From Mobula hypostoma (lineage: Eukaryota), in contig NC_086108.1 in NCBI RefSeq assembly GCF_963921235.1, positions 43,774,001 to 43,838,000 of the forward strand: a DNA stretch of 64,000 nucleotides. The letters are read 5' to 3'. The notes under the pieces were generated by a model. That model did not search any database. It saw only the letters and a list, made by a program, of their open reading frames with translations, and was not told where the DNA came from. Each line of letters begins with the position of its first letter. Within the stretch, counting starts at the first letter, position 1. Shown in pieces: positions 61,010 to 64,000 of the stretch. The position numbers and the translations under genes are program-made.

Positions 61010-63945
61010 TATACCTATATTAAGAGTGAAAGGGTGGCTAGGGTGAGAGTAAAGTCCCTTAGAAAGCAGCAGGACCACCTATGTCCAAACTGTAAGAGAA
61101 GGGTGGGATTTTTAATGAGTATTTCCCTCAAGTGTTTACTGAAGAAAAAAAATCATGTTTACTCAAGAAATAAGGGAAACAAGTGGAGATGTTTTGGAGG
61201 ACATTTATATTACCAGGGAGGAGATATTTGTAGCTTTAAATCCCCTGGGCCCTACCAAGTGCATTCTCAGTCTTTGTGGGAGGTCAGAAAAGAAATTGCA
61301 GAGTTCTTACAGAGATATTTGCTTGTTAGCTACAGTTCCTGAAGACAGGAAGGTGGCCAATTGTTTCAGACAAGCTATGGAACGACAAGCTTGACATGAG
61401 TGATAAGGAAGTTACTAGAGGGAATTCTGAGCGACAGGATCTACCAACATTTGGATAGACTGATTAGCAGTCAGCATGGCTTTGTGTGGAAAGTTGTATT
61501 TGAGAAATCCTTTAGTGTTGTTTGAAGAAGAAACCAAAAGTGTAGAAGAGGGTAGGGCAGTGGATGTTGACGATATGGACTTTAGCAAGGTGTTTGACAA
61601 GGTTCCACATGATGGGCTGTTCTGTAAGGTTAAGTCGCATGGAATCTAGGGACAGCTAGTTAGGTGGATTGAAAATGGACTCAAGGCCTCAAAGCTCTCC
61701 ATTTCTTTTAGGACACCTGATCCAACGAGTTCTCCTCCACCGCTACTCTCTTCTGTCTAGCGGAATTTGTTTTCACTCTTAATGATTTCTCCTTTGGCTC
61801 CTCCCACTTCCTTCAAACAAAAGGTGTAGCTACGGGCACTCGCATGGGTCCCAGTTATGCCTGCCTTTTTGTCAGCTACATGGAACAGTCTTTGTTCCAA
61901 GACTACACTGTGTCCATCCCCACTTTTCCTACGCTACATCGACGACTGCATTGGTGCTGCCTGCACCCATGTGGAGTTTGTCGACTTCATCAACTTTGCC
62001 TCCAACTTCCACTACCCTGCCCTCAAATTTACCTGGTCCATTTCTGACTCCTCCTTTCCCTTTCTTGATCTCACTGTCTCTATCTCTGGAGGCAGCTTAT
62101 CTACTGATGTCTATTATAAACCCATGGACTCTCGTAGATTCCTGGATTAAACCTCTTCCCACACCGTTACTTGTAAAAACACCATCTCCTTCTCTCAATT
62201 CCTCTGTCTCTGCCACATCTGCTCTTAGGATGAGGTTTTTCATTCCAGAATGAAGGAGATGTCTTCCTCCACTATCAATACTGCCCAAAACCACATTTCT
62301 TCCATTTCACGCACATCTGCTCTTAACCCACCCTCCCACTACCCTACCAAGGATAGGGCTTCTCTTGTCCTCAACTACCACCCCACCAGCCTCCGCATCT
62401 AGCACATTAATTCTCTGGAACTTCTGCCACGTCCAACGAGATCCCACCACCAAGCACATCTTTCCCTCACCCCAACTTTCTGCTTTCTGCAAGGATTGCT
62501 CCCTATGCAACTCCCTTGATCATTAATTCTCCCCTTATCCTTGCAAGTGGAACAAGTGCTACACCTGCCCCTATACCTCCTCCCTCACTACCATTCAGGG
62601 CCCCAAACAGTCCTTCCAGGTGAGGCGACACTTCACCTGTGAGTCTGTTGGGGCCATGTACTGTGTCCAGTGCTCCCACTATGGCCTCCTGTATATCAGC
62701 GAGACCCGATGTAGATTGGGAGACTGCTTCACCAAGTACCTATGCTCCGTCCGCCAGATGAAGTAGGATCTGCCAGTGGCCACCCACTTTAATTCCACTT
62801 CCCATTCCCATTCTGATATGTCCATCCATGGCCTCCTCCACTGCTGCGATAAGGCCACACTCATGTTGGAGGAACAATACCTTATATTCCATCTGGGTAG
62901 CCTCCAACCTGATGGCATGAACATTGATTTCTTGAACTTCTGTTAATGCACCCCCCCACCACTCCCATCCCCTCTTTTCCCTATCTCAACTTGTCTCCTT
63001 GCTGTCCATTGCCTCCCTCTGGTGCTCCTTCCCCCCCTTTTCTTTGTTCCATGGCCTCTGTCCTCTCCTATCGGACTCCCCATTCTGCAGCCCTTTATCT
63101 CTTTCACCAATCAACTTCCCAGCTCTTAACTTCATTCTCTCCCCCCTTCTGGTTTCAAGTATCACCTTCTGTTTCTCTCTCACCTCCCCCCACCTTTTAA
63201 ATCTAACTCCTCATCTTTTTTTCTCCAGTTCTGCCAAAGGGTCTCAGCCCGAAACGTCCACTGTACTTTTTCCCATTGATGCAGCCTTGTCTGCTGAGTT
63301 CCTCCAGCATTTTGTAGGAGTACAAGTGTACCACTCATTGAAAGTGGCATTCTAGGTCAGCTGGTTGAGATATTAAGTTGCAGCTGTATAAATTGCTGGG
63401 GAGTCCGCACTTGGAATACTGCAGACAATATTGGTTGTCCTGTTAAAGAAAAGACATGGATTAACTGGAAAGGGTACAGAAAAGATTTAAGAGGATGTTT
63501 TCTCAGGTAGAGGACCTGAGTTATACGGCAAGGTTGGCCAGGTTAGGTCTTTATCCCTTGGAATGACGGAAAATAAAGGGAGACCTCTTGGAAATGATTA
63601 AAATTATGAGAGGCATAGAAAAGGTGGACGATAACAGTCTTTTCCCAGGTTAGGGAATCCAATTTGGGCAGAGGTTTAAGGTGAGAAGGGAGAGATTTAA
63701 TAAGGATCTGAGGGACAACTTTTTCCACTCAGAGGGTCGTGAGTATATGGAATCAGCTGTCAGAGGAAGTGGTTGAGGCTGATACAATAGTATCATTTAA
63801 AAGCACTTAGATGGGTACATGGAGGGAGGGGCCAGGAGGAATACAGGCCAAATGCAGGAAATTGGGACTAAATGGATGGGCATCATGGTTGGCATAGGCT
63901 TGTTGAGCCAAAGGGCTTGTATCCATGCTATATTTCTCTATGATT
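61010..63945 (+). mobile_element. Old CR1 LINE split by a PLE insertion
   Basis: Decayed QHGF/MDFSKVFDKVPH sequence at 61470-61610; CR1 C-terminus and 3' UTR resume at ~63317. Confidence 0.7.
61685..63316 (+). mobile_element. Penelope-like retroelement (RT + GIY-YIG + terminal repeat), decayed
   Basis: GVATGTRMGPSYACLFV, FLRYIDDCIG, FLDL, YYKP and GIY-YIG remnants; decayed hammerhead at ~63226-63263. Confidence 0.9.
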
Positions 63946-64000
63946 TCAATGAAATATTTATTCACCTTCCACTTTCATTTTAGGCCATCTGCCATACAGT

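Noticed and set aside
52964..64000. Further DPH5 exons (e.g. the FGETVSIVFW...GMHTLCLL exon)
   Set aside because: Not found by eye on the minus strand; presumed to lie beyond the window.

Overview
Vertebrate genomic DNA, most likely a cartilaginous fish (shark/ray). That assignment is inferred from the repeat repertoire: abundant CR1 LINEs with (CATAGAAA)n-type tails, Rex1/Babar LINEs, Penelope-like elements (PLEs) and tRNA/Deu-SINEs. The only host gene I can support is the 3' part of DPH5 (diphthine methyl ester synthase) on the minus strand: three coding exons (52924-52963, 50779-50882, 44743-44966), one with a GC splice donor. Its upstream exons appear to lie beyond 64000. Nearly all long ORFs in the track are retroelement fragments, often nested 2-4 layers deep. 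The most notable hidden signals are self-cleaving RNA motifs. One is a complete HDV-like (nested double pseudoknot) ribozyme fold at 15872-16062 (-), with an atypical hairpin inserted in L3, whose predicted cleavage site coincides with the 5' boundary of a retroelement leader. The others are about ten minimal type-I hammerhead motifs in PLE termini, including an intact-core copy inside a nested palindrome at ~39.1-39.9 kb. Repeat boundaries were estimated by eye and are approximate unless a target-site duplication (TSD) is quoted. No searches or folding programs were run.
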